Part shown: positions 1 to 9,993 of the stretch, in pieces
Position numbering within the stretch: position 1 is the first letter of the stretch
How the letters are laid out: the number at the start of each line of letters is the position of its first letter
Origin: Candidatus Omnitrophota bacterium
GTDB taxonomy: Bacteria > Omnitrophota > Gorgyraeia > B26-G9
Assembly (NCBI GenBank): GCA_043814605.1
Contig: JBDRJV010000002.1
Span: forward strand, 26,374 to 90,373
DNA length: 64,000 bases
Reading direction: 5' to 3'
The notes under the pieces: generated by a model
Seen by the model: the letters and a program-made list of their open reading frames with translations, nothing else
The model's database searches: none
Told to the model about the DNA's origin: nothing
Program-made: the position numbers and the translations under genes

Positions 1-528
1 TTTGCTGTTCGGGTCATTTTTTCTTAGGATATGTTCTTTTAAATAAACATGTGTGCCGGAATTAACTTCACGGGAAAGAATCACTATTTTACCATCTTTA
101 CCGCCCAGCTGGCTCCAATTCGCAATCTTCCCGGAAAAAATCCCGGCTAACTGGTCAATCGTAAGTTTACTTACCGGATTGCTGGGGTTAACCACAATCG
201 CTACCCCATCTAAAGCAACTTTAATTTCATAGGGATTTATACCGCGCTGATTAGCCAGAGAAATCTCTTTTTCTTTAATATTTCTGGAAGCCATGGCAAT
301 ATTACAAGTACCGCTGATCAAGCTGGATAATCCGGTACCGGAACCGCCGCCGGTAACCGCAATAAAATCCTGCGGATTATTTTTCATATATTCTTCAGCC
401 CAGGCCTGGCATAAATTAACTATTGTATCCGAGCCTTTAACTTGGATCATATCCTCCGCCTGCACCAGACTGCTGATAAAGAATACACTGATTATTGAAA
501 TTAACAATCCTGCACTAAACTTTTTCAT
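1..528 (-). CDS. pstS: Phosphate ABC transporter substrate-binding protein PstS, second paralog. The C-terminal part lies beyond the window edge.
   Basis: Reverse-complement translation of 301-528 gives MKKFSAGLLISIISVFFISSLVQAEDMIQVKGSDTIVNLCQAWAEEYMKNNPQDFIAVTGGGSGTGLSSLISGTCN. It has a signal peptide and the VTGGGSGTG motif, and is paralogous to the PstS at 4231-5109, with a shared nucleotide block GGAACCGCCGCCGGTAACCGC. The start is ATG at 528. Confidence 0.8.
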   Translation of the reverse strand, partial: MKKFSAGLLISIISVFFISSLVQAEDMIQVKGSDTIVNLCQAWAEEYMKNNPQDFIAVTGGGSGTGLSSLISGTCNIAMASRNIKEKEISLANQRGINPYEIKVALDGVAIVVNPSNPVSKLTIDQLAGIFSGKIANWSQLGGKDGKIVILSREVNSGTHVYLKEHILRKNDPNSK

Positions 529-588
529 TACTATCCCTCCTGTTTTTAACTCCATTACATTGTATTAAGATTTAAATGTATTATTTTA

Positions 589-610
589 TTGTGACAATTG
601 TGTGACAAAA
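589..610 (-). promoter_or_regulatory. Pho box (PhoB-binding direct repeats) upstream of the pstS paralog.
   Basis: On the gene strand it reads TTGTCAC-ACAA-TTGTCAC-AAT. Two 7-bp direct repeats separated by 4 bp (11-bp periodicity) match the CTGTCAT-N4-CTGTCAT Pho-box architecture. A near-identical copy lies upstream of the other pstS. Confidence 0.55.
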
Positions 611-872
611 TAGCAACGAAAATGTTACAATAAAAAACCAAACAGCATTATTGTTTTTATTTTTCTTTATTATTTAACATAACATAAATTCTGATTTAGT
701 GTTATAAGCACACACATTCGTCACATCCCTTTATTCTGCAAGAGTTCTGTATTTCAAAGATATGAAGCCCAGAACTACAAACTCAATATTTTCTGCGCAG
801 ACAAAAAAATGGAACCCTCACGGGTTAAAACACGTGTAGGCTCCATTTCTGATTTGAATTTATATTAATTTT

Positions 873-1562
873 CTATTCAATAGTATCTATATTTAATTCA
901 TCCAGATGATGCTTGACAACTTTGGCTTGGGCCATATAAATCACATCCTCGGCAATATTTGTCGCATGATCGCAAATTCTTTCTAGCTGCCGCGCGATAA
1001 GCAAAAGCGGTACTGCGCGGCTAGCAGTAGAAGCATCTTTACTCATATAATCATTTATCAGTTCTTCCTGTATTAAATTTCTTAAATTATCCGCTTCCGG
1101 ATCAGAAAGAATAACTTTTTTAGCTAAATTCTCATCGCTGTTCACAAAAGCTTCGATAACCTCTCTTACCATTTTTCTGGCTACATCGGTTAATTTCGGG
1201 ATATCGATCAGCGGTTTTAATAACGGCTTATCGCAAAGTTCCAGAACACGCTGTGCAATATTTACGGCTAAGTCCGCGATTCTTTCCAGCTCCGCGTTTA
1301 TTTTCATACCGGTAGTGATAAACCGCAGGTCACGGGCCATGGGCTGCCTTAAAGCTAAAAGGTCGATCGCGGTTTCTTCGATACTTAATTCTAATTCATC
1401 AATTTTTTGGTCTTCTTGAATAACCGCCTGCGCTAATTGCTCATCTCTATCTTTCAAGGCTTCGATAGATTTATATATTGCTTCTTCCGCAAGTACCGCT
1501 ATTTTTAAAATATCTGTTTTTAATTTTTTTAATTCATCATCAAAATGCCGTTCAATCATCAC
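873..1562 (-). CDS. phoU: Phosphate signalling complex protein PhoU.
   Basis: 229 aa with the two-repeat PhoU helical pattern. It follows pstB in the operon. Confidence 0.9.
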   Translation of the reverse strand: MMIERHFDDELKKLKTDILKIAVLAEEAIYKSIEALKDRDEQLAQAVIQEDQKIDELELSIEETAIDLLALRQPMARDLRFITTGMKINAELERIADLAVNIAQRVLELCDKPLLKPLIDIPKLTDVARKMVREVIEAFVNSDENLAKKVILSDPEADNLRNLIQEELINDYMSKDASTASRAVPLLLIARQLERICDHATNIAEDVIYMAQAKVVKHHLDELNIDTIE

Positions 1563-1624
1563 AAATCTCCTCTATATAATATTGATAACTGAAAACTTAG
1601 CCAAGCCTTTGGTGTTTTCATAAA

Positions 1625-2458
1625 TTAGCCAAACCTTCCTGTAATATAATCTTCGGTTATTTTTTTATTTGGCTTTGTAAAAATAAATTGGGTCAGGTCA
1701 TATTCGATCAGTTCTCCCAGCATAAAAAACGCCGTAAAATCTGAAATCCTGGCCGCCTGCTGCATATTATGCGTTACGATAATTATCGTATATTTTTTCT
1801 TTAATTCATGGATTAACTCTTCTACTTTTGCGGTCGCAATCGGATCCAAGGCTGAAGCCGGCTCATCCAGCAATAATATTTCCGGCTCAACCGCTAATGC
1901 CCGCGCAATACACAGCCGTTGCTGCTGGCCTCCGGATAGATCAAAAGCACTCCGGTAAAGCCGGTCTTTTACTTCTTTCCATAACGCCGCGTCTTTTAAG
2001 CTTTTCTCTACCTTCTGAATTATATAATCCTTATCTTTTATTCCGTTTATTCTCAAGCCATAGGCCACATTCTCAAAAATTGATTTCGGGAAAGGGTTTG
2101 ATTTTTGAAAAACCATACCCACATTACGCCTTAAATCCACCACATCTAATTCTTTATTAAAAATATTGTTTCCGTCAATACAAATTTCCCCCTCATAACG
2201 AATTCCCGTAATCGTATCGTTCATCCGGTTGAAGCACCGTAAAAACGTTGATTTGCCGCATCCGGAAGGGCCGATTATTCCGACCACTGTATTTTCTTTT
2301 ATATTAAGATTGATATTTTTCAGCGCCTGTGCTGATTCATAATAAAAATTAAAATTATTTACAGAAATTTTTATATTATTATTTTTACTATTCATTATAT
2401 TTTCCTGTTTTAAAACATGTCTCTGAATTTCATTATTCCCTTTTGCTAATAACCTCAT
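1625..2458 (-). CDS. pstB: Phosphate ABC transporter ATP-binding protein PstB.
   Basis: Walker [13 protein letters not shown] signature LSGGQQQRL and Walker B ILLLDEP. The 4-nt ATGA overlap with pstA suggests translational coupling. An internal Met (MNSKNN...) is an alternative start near 2395. Confidence 0.9.
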   Translation of the reverse strand: MRLLAKGNNEIQRHVLKQENIMNSKNNNIKISVNNFNFYYESAQALKNINLNIKENTVVGIIGPSGCGKSTFLRCFNRMNDTITGIRYEGEICIDGNNIFNKELDVVDLRRNVGMVFQKSNPFPKSIFENVAYGLRINGIKDKDYIIQKVEKSLKDAALWKEVKDRLYRSAFDLSGGQQQRLCIARALAVEPEILLLDEPASALDPIATAKVEELIHELKKKYTIIIVTHNMQQAARISDFTAFFMLGELIEYDLTQFIFTKPNKKITEDYITGRFG

Positions 2459-3309
2459 TTGAGCTTAACCTTTCTTAACTTATAACGAATGATTACCGCG
2501 AAAATATTCATACAAAAAATTAACACGATCAGCACCAAAGCTGTTCCGTAAGCCAAAGGCCGGACCTGTTCGATCAAATGATGCTGTGTGGCCATAATAT
2601 ACAAATGATACGGTAACGCCATAAACTGGTCAGATAATGATTTGGGTAAAAACGGCAAATAAAAAGCAGCTCCGGTAAATAAAATCGGAGCGGTTTCTCC
2701 TGCAGCCCGGGAGAGGCCTAAAATCGTACCGGTCAACATCCCGGGAATAGAATACGGCAACACATTCGTACGAATTGACTGCCATTTTGTGGCGCCTAAA
2801 GCTAATGCCCCATCCCGGTAGGCTTGCGTCACATTTTTTAATGCCTCTTCGCTGGCCGTAATTGTCCAGGGAAGCGTCATCAAACCTAATGTTAATCCGG
2901 CAGAAAGGATTGATGTATTTAACCGTAAAAGCTGGACAAATAAGACCACTCCGAATAACCCATAAACAATAGAAGGCACCCCGGACAAATTACGAATGGA
3001 CATCCGGATCAGTCTGGTTATCTTTCCTTTTTTAGCATATTCGTGTAAATATATCGCACAGCCCATGCCTAAGGGAATTGATAAAATAGCTGTAATTAAA
3101 GTAACAAAGAATGTTCCGACAATAGCCGGAAAGATTCCGCCTTCGGTCATTCCCTTTTTTGGCATTTTACTCAAAAAATCCCAGCTGATACTGCCGGCGC
3201 CTTTTGTAAAAATATCAAATAAAATTATCAGCAAAACTGAGATAACGAAAACTATGCATACTCTTAAGAGCATAAATCCGAAAAATTGTTCTGCCTTACG
3301 GTTTTTCAT
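2455..3309 (-). CDS. pstA: Phosphate ABC transporter permease PstA.
   Basis: 284 aa polytopic membrane protein with the EAA-like permease loop ([10 protein letters not shown]), sitting between pstC and pstB. Confidence 0.85.
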   Translation of the reverse strand: MKNRKAEQFFGFMLLRVCIVFVISVLLIILFDIFTKGAGSISWDFLSKMPKKGMTEGGIFPAIVGTFFVTLITAILSIPLGMGCAIYLHEYAKKGKITRLIRMSIRNLSGVPSIVYGLFGVVLFVQLLRLNTSILSAGLTLGLMTLPWTITASEEALKNVTQAYRDGALALGATKWQSIRTNVLPYSIPGMLTGTILGLSRAAGETAPILFTGAAFYLPFLPKSLSDQFMALPYHLYIMATQHHLIEQVRPLAYGTALVLIVLIFCMNIFAVIIRYKLRKVKLK

Positions 3310-4226
3310 CTATTTACCTTTTCGTATTTATTTAAAATAATATCGGAAGTCAAATTAACAAAAAATGTAATAATAAACAAAACCAATCCTAACGCGAACA
3401 AAGCATAATAATGTGTCGTATTATAGGCCACTTCTCCTAATTCTATGGCAATGGATGAAGTCAAAGTCCGCACCGGCCCTAAAAAACTCTCCGGCATCGC
3501 CGGTGCGCATCCGGTAGCCATAAGAACAGTCATTGTCTCCCCGATTGCCCGGCCCATACCTAACATACAGGCGGCAATAATCCCGGATAATCCCGCGGGA
3601 ATTTTAACCTTAATGATTGTTTGCCATTGTGTGGCCCCCAAAGCCAGTGAAGCCTGGTTATAAGAATCCGGAATATTGCTTAATGTATCTTCAGAAATAC
3701 TGATAATTGTCGGCAAAGCCATAACCGCTAAAAGTATTGAGCCGTTTATAGCATTTAAACCATTATGCGTACCGAAAATTTTAGCAATAAACGGCCCCAC
3801 TAAAACAATTCCTAAAAATCCGATAACTACGGATGGGATCCCGGCAAGAATTTCAATTATCGGCTTGGCAATTTCCCTCACCCGCGTATTGGCAACATCG
3901 GATAAATAAGCCGCGGTACCGACCCCTAAAGGAATGGCAATTATTAAAGCACCTAAAGTAACCATAAACGTACTCACTAACATCGGAATAATACCGAACT
4001 GTTCTTTTACATAGGAAGTAGGATTCCATTCTATTCCCATTAAAAATCGTATTAAATTAATTTCTTTAAACGCCGGTAAAGAAGTGAATATTAAAAGCGC
4101 GAATATCCCGATTAGCACAATGACTGAAATAATGCCGTTAAAAAAGAAAAACCCATGGATAAGCTTTTCCTGATTCTCTCTGCTTATCCATGTTTTTTTC
4201 TTATTTTTTGCAAAACCGCTCTGCAT
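3306..4226 (-). CDS. pstC: Phosphate ABC transporter permease PstC.
   Basis: 306 aa polytopic membrane protein with the permease motif GMGRAIGETMTV. Start and stop overlap the neighbouring genes. Confidence 0.85.
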   Translation of the reverse strand: MQSGFAKNKKKTWISRENQEKLIHGFFFFNGIISVIVLIGIFALLIFTSLPAFKEINLIRFLMGIEWNPTSYVKEQFGIIPMLVSTFMVTLGALIIAIPLGVGTAAYLSDVANTRVREIAKPIIEILAGIPSVVIGFLGIVLVGPFIAKIFGTHNGLNAINGSILLAVMALPTIISISEDTLSNIPDSYNQASLALGATQWQTIIKVKIPAGLSGIIAACMLGMGRAIGETMTVLMATGCAPAMPESFLGPVRTLTSSIAIELGEVAYNTTHYYALFALGLVLFIITFFVNLTSDIILNKYEKVNR

Positions 4227-4230
4227 AGCT

Positions 4231-5109
4231 TTATAATCCCACTTTTGCGTTTAGCTCTTCATATTCTTGGGAAATCGGAAAAAACCCTTCCTCTTCCACT
4301 ATTACCTGCCCGTGAGAACTTAACTCAAATTCAAGAAAATCTCTGACATCCCCTTTAGGAGTACCGTTAATATACTGGTTTAACGGACGGGAAATGGGAT
4401 ATACTCCGCTTTTTACGTCGTCTGCATTAAGCGGGCTGGCGTACAATCCTCCGGCGCGCGCGGCAACTCTTAAAACATTCAAACCTGTAGTTTTCTTTAC
4501 ATAACCCACGCCGACATAACCAATACCGGAACGGTCTTGTTTTATGGCTTCGACAATCTGAGCATTTCCATTCATCCGATTCATCTTTTGAGAATAATCG
4601 CCTTTTAAAACAGCATCCATAAAGAAAGAAAATGTCCCGGAATTAGACTGACGCCCGTAAAGAGTTATGGACATATCCGCTCCGCCGACGTCTTTCCAGT
4701 TTGTTATTTCCCCGCGGAAGATTTTACCGATTTCATCTATTGTTAATTGTTTAACTGAATTATACCCGTTTGTGATCACACTTAACCCGTCCACAGCAAT
4801 AACCACGCGGTTAACATTCACACCGTTTGACACAGCTTGAGCGACTTCTGATGATTTCATTAATCTTGACGAATTAGCAATATCACATTTTTTATTAATT
4901 ATACCTGCTACTCCGGTTCCGGAACCGCCGCCGGTAACCGCGATATATTTTTCCGGATTTTTATCCATATAAACTTCTGATAATCTTTGCACCAGATTTA
5001 TTAAAGTATCTGAACCTTTAATTTGCAGCATTTCCTCTGCCTGCACTAGGTTGCTGATACATAACAAACTGATCAATAAACTTAACAAACCTATACTTAT
5101 TTTTTTCAC
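4231..5109 (-). CDS. pstS: Phosphate-binding protein PstS.
   Basis: Signal peptide, TGGGSGTG motif and periplasmic binding-protein fold. It is the first gene of pstSCAB-phoU. Confidence 0.9.
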   Translation of the reverse strand: MKKISIGLLSLLISLLCISNLVQAEEMLQIKGSDTLINLVQRLSEVYMDKNPEKYIAVTGGGSGTGVAGIINKKCDIANSSRLMKSSEVAQAVSNGVNVNRVVIAVDGLSVITNGYNSVKQLTIDEIGKIFRGEITNWKDVGGADMSITLYGRQSNSGTFSFFMDAVLKGDYSQKMNRMNGNAQIVEAIKQDRSGIGYVGVGYVKKTTGLNVLRVAARAGGLYASPLNADDVKSGVYPISRPLNQYINGTPKGDVRDFLEFELSSHGQVIVEEEGFFPISQEYEELNAKVGL

Positions 5110-5165
5110 TTTACACTTCCTCCTTATTTTAATTTCACTTTATTCGTACATATTTTATATCTTTA

Positions 5166-5187
5166 TTGTGACAATTGTGTGAAAAAA
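5166..5187 (-). promoter_or_regulatory. Pho box upstream of pstS.
   Basis: On the gene strand it reads TTTCACA-CAAT-TGTCACA-ATAAAG. It is nearly identical to the element at 589-610, including the flanking ATTGTGACAATTGTGTGA core. Confidence 0.55.
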
Positions 5188-5206
5188 TCGCAATCATGCT
5201 GTTAAT

Positions 5207-6493
5207 TTAGAACTTTAATAATAGGTCTACTTGTAACAAGTCCTGTTCTTTTTTAGTTGATGCTGTATCTGTTTTTGATTTATAATAATCAAACCCCAAA
5301 ATCACATTTTTCGCTAAAGCATAGTTAAAAATTAATTCATAACCTTTTGCATCGGTAATCCCGCCTAAAAAATCAGAATCCGGCAAAAAATCAACCCAAG
5401 CGTCTTTTTCCAGTTTGCGATAAAGCGCTTTTGCCTGCCAGGTATTAGGATCTTTAACTTTCTTATCCCCGAACTTAACTCCGGTTAAATAACCGGTATT
5501 GTTTTCCGCAGGGTCGCTGTTTTTGATATAATCGCCAAACAATGAAACATAATTTATAAACTCATCAACTTCCGCATCCTCTTGCAAATTCATTCCTAGT
5601 TCCGTGCTAAAACCCATGGAATCATAATCATATTTAAAAGAAGCAGGCGTTGTACTGGTAGTGTTTGTACTGCCGCCGTCAACAATATTTGAATACCTAA
5701 AGCCATCTAAAGAATTGAACGCATAATAATTAATCGAAGTTTTTAAGGTAACCGCTTCCGACACGTCCCATTTAACTCCCGGCTGAATCGTAAACAATGA
5801 AGGTTCGGCTCCGGCACTAACTTCATCGATAATAAAATATCCGGTATTTAAAAATAATTCTGCTGAAGAATTTAACACTAAATTACCGTTTACAAATACG
5901 CCCTCCGGATTTATATCCCCATCCCACAGCAGGTCGGAAATTAACCATAATGTTTTTTTCAATTCTATTTTACCGCCGCGGATATCAATGTTATTATTCA
6001 AAGCATAAGTACCGTAGGCATAATCAAGCATAATCCCTTTGGAAGCAAAATTATCCTGAAATGTCTGGTTGGTCGAACGCGGGTCTGTACTGCCGGAAGC
6101 TAAGCCAAAATTTACTTCCCAATCTTTTGTCACTTTTGCTTCTGCGCCTAAACGAAATCGGACTCTGGCTCTTTCTCTTTTGGCAGTCGTAGTACTGGAA
6201 GCACTGATCGTGTCTTGTTCTTCAGTCTGATAACGCAAACGCAGATCGCCTTTAAATGTCATGGTTTGAATCCACCCCGGCAATGTCCCGGATTTGCCTT
6301 CCGCGATTTCTTTGGCCACTGCGGTTTGTGTTTCATCCAGTAAAATTTGCGCGTCCACCGGAGTTAAAACATCTTTTTCCACTAATTTATCCACCAGAAG
6401 ATTTACTTCACCGGCAAAAACATTACCCGGATTTGCGCTAAAAGCTAATAAAACCATAATTCCTGCAACTACTCCACACAACATTTTCTTCAT
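5207..6493 (-). CDS. Outer-membrane beta-barrel porin, possibly phosphate-selective (OprO/OprP-like), inferred from context.
   Basis: Signal peptide MKKMLCGVVAGIMVLLAFSANPGNVFA, alternating amphipathic beta-strand pattern and a C-terminal Phe (…LLLKF). It lies between phoBR and pstS. Confidence 0.5.
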   Translation of the reverse strand: MKKMLCGVVAGIMVLLAFSANPGNVFAGEVNLLVDKLVEKDVLTPVDAQILLDETQTAVAKEIAEGKSGTLPGWIQTMTFKGDLRLRYQTEEQDTISASSTTTAKRERARVRFRLGAEAKVTKDWEVNFGLASGSTDPRSTNQTFQDNFASKGIMLDYAYGTYALNNNIDIRGGKIELKKTLWLISDLLWDGDINPEGVFVNGNLVLNSSAELFLNTGYFIIDEVSAGAEPSLFTIQPGVKWDVSEAVTLKTSINYYAFNSLDGFRYSNIVDGGSTNTTSTTPASFKYDYDSMGFSTELGMNLQEDAEVDEFINYVSLFGDYIKNSDPAENNTGYLTGVKFGDKKVKDPNTWQAKALYRKLEKDAWVDFLPDSDFLGGITDAKGYELIFNYALAKNVILGFDYYKSKTDTASTKKEQDLLQVDLLLKF

Positions 6494-6511
6494 TTTTAAA
6501 GCCTCCTTTAA

Positions 6512-6760
6512 TTAATTACTGCATACTTTTCTGAAACGATGTATGTTTTTCTCTATCCGTTTCATTGATTCCTGTATATAACCACTTTGATATCTTTTAG
6601 AGTTTTCCACGCTGATTAATATGTTCTGCAATGTGCTCAGCTGTGAGCGTAAAAAACTTCCCATATAATCTTGCTGCAATCTCGACAATGGTTTTACTTT
6701 TTTTGCCGGTTTTGCGTAAAAAGATTTCGCAAAAATTATACGCCCCATATTTAAATCCAT
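6512..6760 (-). CDS. Candidate small basic protein (MDLNMGRIIFAKSFYAKPAKK…).
   Basis: AAGGAGG sits 5 nt upstream of the ATG at 6760. It overlaps an alternative-frame ORF (6597-6791), so the true frame is uncertain. Confidence 0.2.
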   Translation of the reverse strand: MDLNMGRIIFAKSFYAKPAKKVKPLSRLQQDYMGSFLRSQLSTLQNILISVENSKRYQSGYIQESMKRIEKNIHRFRKVCSN

Positions 6761-6899
6761 CTTCACCTCCTTTCTTTCTGTCTTTTCTCATCTTTTAAAA
6801 TATTTAGGACTTTGCTTAAAATCTTTTTGCATAAACAATAATATAAAAATCCTATCAAAGTTAAAAATATCAATATTACCAGCCAAAAAATAATCTTCA
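6759..6899 (-). CDS. Candidate 46-aa single-TM small protein (MKIIFWLVILIFLTLIGFLYYCLCKKILSKVLNILKDEKRQKERR).
   Basis: GGAGAGG Shine-Dalgarno sequence 9 nt upstream of the ATG. One hydrophobic helix followed by a basic tail. Its TGA stop overlaps the SD and start of the next small ORF. Confidence 0.25.
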
Positions 6900-7016
6900 T
6901 TTTATTTACCTCTCCTTTCAAAATAAAGCATACAATTTGGATGTGAAGAAAAAATTACGGAAAAGTAAACTTTATGTAACGTTTAATATGAGGATATTTA
7001 GGGTAATTTAAAGAGG

Positions 7017-8789
7017 TCAGACTTTAGAAATAGTAAAACTAAATATAGAGCCTTGTCCTTCTACGCTTTGGACAGAGACTTCTCCGTTATGAGACTGGAT
7101 TATATGCTTAACAATAGAAAGGCCTAAACCGGTTCCGCCCATTTCCCGGGAACGGGCCTTATCCACCCGGTAAAACCGCTCAAAAAGACGGGGCAAATCT
7201 TTATCCGGGATGCCGATTCCGGTATCCGTAATATCGACCTGCACAAAATCATTTATTTCCTGAGCTGAAATCACGATCTTTCCTTTGGGCGTATTATATT
7301 TTATCGCGTTATCAATCAGGTTGAGTAAAACCTGCTTTATCCTGGTTTCATCCGCTAAAATATCCGGAATATTTCTAGGAATATCTACTTTGGTAATGAT
7401 TGTTTTTTCCTCGATTTTCCCTTTTAAACTAGCCAGTACGCTTTCTACTATCGGCAATAATTTATACGCTTTCTTTTCCATGCCCAATTTCCCGGACTCG
7501 ATCTGGGAAAGATTTAATAAGTCATCGATCAAATTGGACAAACGGTTGGAATCTGCCAGAATAATTTTTAAAAAATCCCGAGCATTTTCTTTATCCTGCA
7601 AGGCTCCTTCGAGTAATGTCTCGGCAAAACCTTTAATGCTGGAAATTGGTGTACGCAGCTCATGGGAAACATTGGCTACAAAATCCTGGCGTATCTTTTC
7701 CAGTTTTCTTAATTGTGTCATATCATGAAATACCAGCACTGCTCCTTCGGCCCGGCCGTCTTTTTCAATAAATGTCGAATGTACTAATAAAACTTTTTCC
7801 TCTGGAAGAAGAGGATATATTTCTTTTTCGATAAGTTGGCCTTGAGAACGTAATGTTTCATCGACAATTTCCTGTATTTGTAAATTCCGTACTACTTCTA
7901 TAGGTTTTCTTCCAAAATAATCTTTTTCTATTTTCAGCCCGCCACGAAGAGCTTCATTTATTAATAAGATTTCTCCGGCGGCATCCACAACCATCACCCC
8001 TTCAACCATACTCAGCAAAACCGCTTCCAGGCGTGATTTGCTTTCATTAATTTCTTTGATGCGTAATTTCATTTGTTCAGACATTTCATTAAAAGCCAAC
8101 GCTAAATCCCCGATTTCGTCATTGGATTTAAAATATATTTTCTTATCATAATCCCCGCAGGCAATATCTTGCGCGGCATAAGATATTTCACGAATCGGCC
8201 GGGAGATAAACAGGGAAGCCAGATAACTGACAAACATTGAAAGCATAAACGCCGCTAAAAGAGAAATTGATAAAATGTTTTTTAAGCGGCTTAACAGCTG
8301 TTCTATTTCTACAAGAGGCAAAGATAAACGAATGATTCCTTTAATATTGTTTTTCTTAAACACAGCTGCAATATATAGAAAATCTTTTTTAACAGTAGTA
8401 CTAAATCTCCGGCTTTCGCCTCTGCCGGTTTTAAGCGCCTGCTGTACCTCGGGCCGGTAAAGGTGGTTTTCCACGCTTGACAAAGCATTCCCCTCTAACT
8501 CTGAATCACCGTAAACCGTCCCGTCCAAACCCATAATTGTAGCTCTGAGGTCTAAATCTTTGCCGATTTTATCCGCGATTTTATCTAAATCATAAGAAGC
8601 AGTATTCTGTATCGGAGTATCTGCGATATAAGACTTGCATAATTCTGTTTGCTTAATCAGATTTGTTTTTATCCGGTTATAGGCATAATCCGTAAGATTA
8701 TCATTTAAGCAAATAAACAAACCCAAAAGAATCACTGCGCTAATCACTATAAACATCAGCGTAAGTTTATGATTAATTTTTATTCTCAT
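7017..8789 (-). CDS. phoR: Phosphate regulon sensor histidine kinase PhoR.
   Basis: N-terminal TM segment, HAMP/PAS region, HisKA H-box VSHELRTPISSIKGF, and HATPase_c G-boxes DTGIGIP and GGTGLGLSIVKH. Its start overlaps phoB. Confidence 0.8.
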   Translation of the reverse strand: MRIKINHKLTLMFIVISAVILLGLFICLNDNLTDYAYNRIKTNLIKQTELCKSYIADTPIQNTASYDLDKIADKIGKDLDLRATIMGLDGTVYGDSELEGNALSSVENHLYRPEVQQALKTGRGESRRFSTTVKKDFLYIAAVFKKNNIKGIIRLSLPLVEIEQLLSRLKNILSISLLAAFMLSMFVSYLASLFISRPIREISYAAQDIACGDYDKKIYFKSNDEIGDLALAFNEMSEQMKLRIKEINESKSRLEAVLLSMVEGVMVVDAAGEILLINEALRGGLKIEKDYFGRKPIEVVRNLQIQEIVDETLRSQGQLIEKEIYPLLPEEKVLLVHSTFIEKDGRAEGAVLVFHDMTQLRKLEKIRQDFVANVSHELRTPISSIKGFAETLLEGALQDKENARDFLKIILADSNRLSNLIDDLLNLSQIESGKLGMEKKAYKLLPIVESVLASLKGKIEEKTIITKVDIPRNIPDILADETRIKQVLLNLIDNAIKYNTPKGKIVISAQEINDFVQVDITDTGIGIPDKDLPRLFERFYRVDKARSREMGGTGLGLSIVKHIIQSHNGEVSVQSVEGQGSIFSFTISKV

Positions 8790-9481
8790 CCCGCATCCCC
8801 TTCGCTGAATCTATAGCCGATACCTCTTACGGTTTCAACTAGCTTGCCGGATTTACCCAGTTTTTCTCTCAGGCGTTTTATATGTGTATCTACAGTTCGC
8901 GTTGTAACATCTGAGGCAATATCCCAAACATCTTCCAGCAATGTGTCCCGGGATTGAACCCGGCCTTTTCTTTGGATCAATATGAGTAAGAGTTTAAATT
9001 CGATTTGAGTTAATATTACTTCTTTTTTGTCCACTCTGACTTTATGGCGGGGAATATCTATGATAATTTTATCAATACTTAAGATGTCTTTTTCTTCTGT
9101 TTGCGGTTTGCCGCGTTTCAATATTGCTTTGACCCGCAGAATCAGCTCCCGCGGGCTAAACGGTTTGACCACATAATCGTCTGCACCTAATTCAAAACCC
9201 ACAACTTTATCCACTTCCTCACCTTTAGCTGTAAGCATGATAATTGGAATATTGGCTAATTTCTTGTCCTGCTTTATATTGCGGCATGTTTCATAACCGT
9301 TCATTTTAGGCAGCATAATATCCAGGATTATTAAATCAATCGCCTCTTTATCCAAAATTTCTAAAGCTGTTTCACCGGTCATCGCCGCAGTACAAGCAAA
9401 GCCGGCTTTTTCCAAATTGTACTTAACCAGTTTAGAAATATGTTTATCATCCTCAACTACCAGAATTTTTTGTTCTGCCAT
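8786..9481 (-). CDS. phoB: OmpR-family response regulator PhoB/PhoP.
   Basis: Receiver domain (LVVEDDKHI…DLIILDIMLP) plus a winged-helix output domain (TRTVDTHIKRLREKL…GIGYRF). It sits immediately upstream of phoR. Confidence 0.8.
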   Translation of the reverse strand: MAEQKILVVEDDKHISKLVKYNLEKAGFACTAAMTGETALEILDKEAIDLIILDIMLPKMNGYETCRNIKQDKKLANIPIIMLTAKGEEVDKVVGFELGADDYVVKPFSPRELILRVKAILKRGKPQTEEKDILSIDKIIIDIPRHKVRVDKKEVILTQIEFKLLLILIQRKGRVQSRDTLLEDVWDIASDVTTRTVDTHIKRLREKLGKSGKLVETVRGIGYRFSEGDAG

Positions 9482-9662
9482 TTTTATTTCTCCTCACTTA
9501 CCTGCAATTAAATAATAACTATTCATAAATCTAATTATTATTGTATAGAATATATATTAAAGTTGGGTTAAATTTATGTAACTTTTTTGTAAATTTTATA
9601 TCCTTCTTAACTTTTTTTAATTATAACTTGAATCTACATCAACACAAATGTATTTCTTCCTC

Positions 9663-9956
9663 TCATGCACCACCAATACCTCTTTTTGCTGGAGATATAT
9701 AATCCAGATAACAGAAATCAAGATCCGGTGTATTCAAAAGCAGGGCAAATCCATTGATTTCGCCTTTATTATTATCTGCAACAAAAAGAATAGAATGGAA
9801 CTGGTACTTAAGCGGATTCTTCAGTAAATCCGGCAGCTTATCAATATCGCTTGAATTTAATAAAACAAATTGTTCGCGTAGTATTTGCTGAACTTGAGTA
9901 ACCGCTTTATTATTTATCGGGGTATTTGCATCATATATGCGGCGGATCCTAAACAT
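9663..9956 (-). pseudogene. Truncated GNAT acetyltransferase-like fragment (97 aa).
   Basis: It ends right after a motif-A-like RGIGGA. No downstream frame continues the fold, so it is likely a gene remnant. Confidence 0.3.
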
Positions 9957-9993
9957 GCATCATCTTTCTTTTAATTTAAAAAAATTACAGCTC

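Noticed and set aside
1828-2160. Plus-strand ORFs embedded in minus-strand genes (1828-2160, 2996-3340, 3445-3909, 7285-7728, 19153-19626, 25124-25375, 36930-37194, 46909-47241, 61330-61836 and similar).
   Set aside because: Each lies entirely antisense to a well-supported, family-recognisable CDS. They have no ribosome-binding sites or domain signatures and are typical shadow ORFs.
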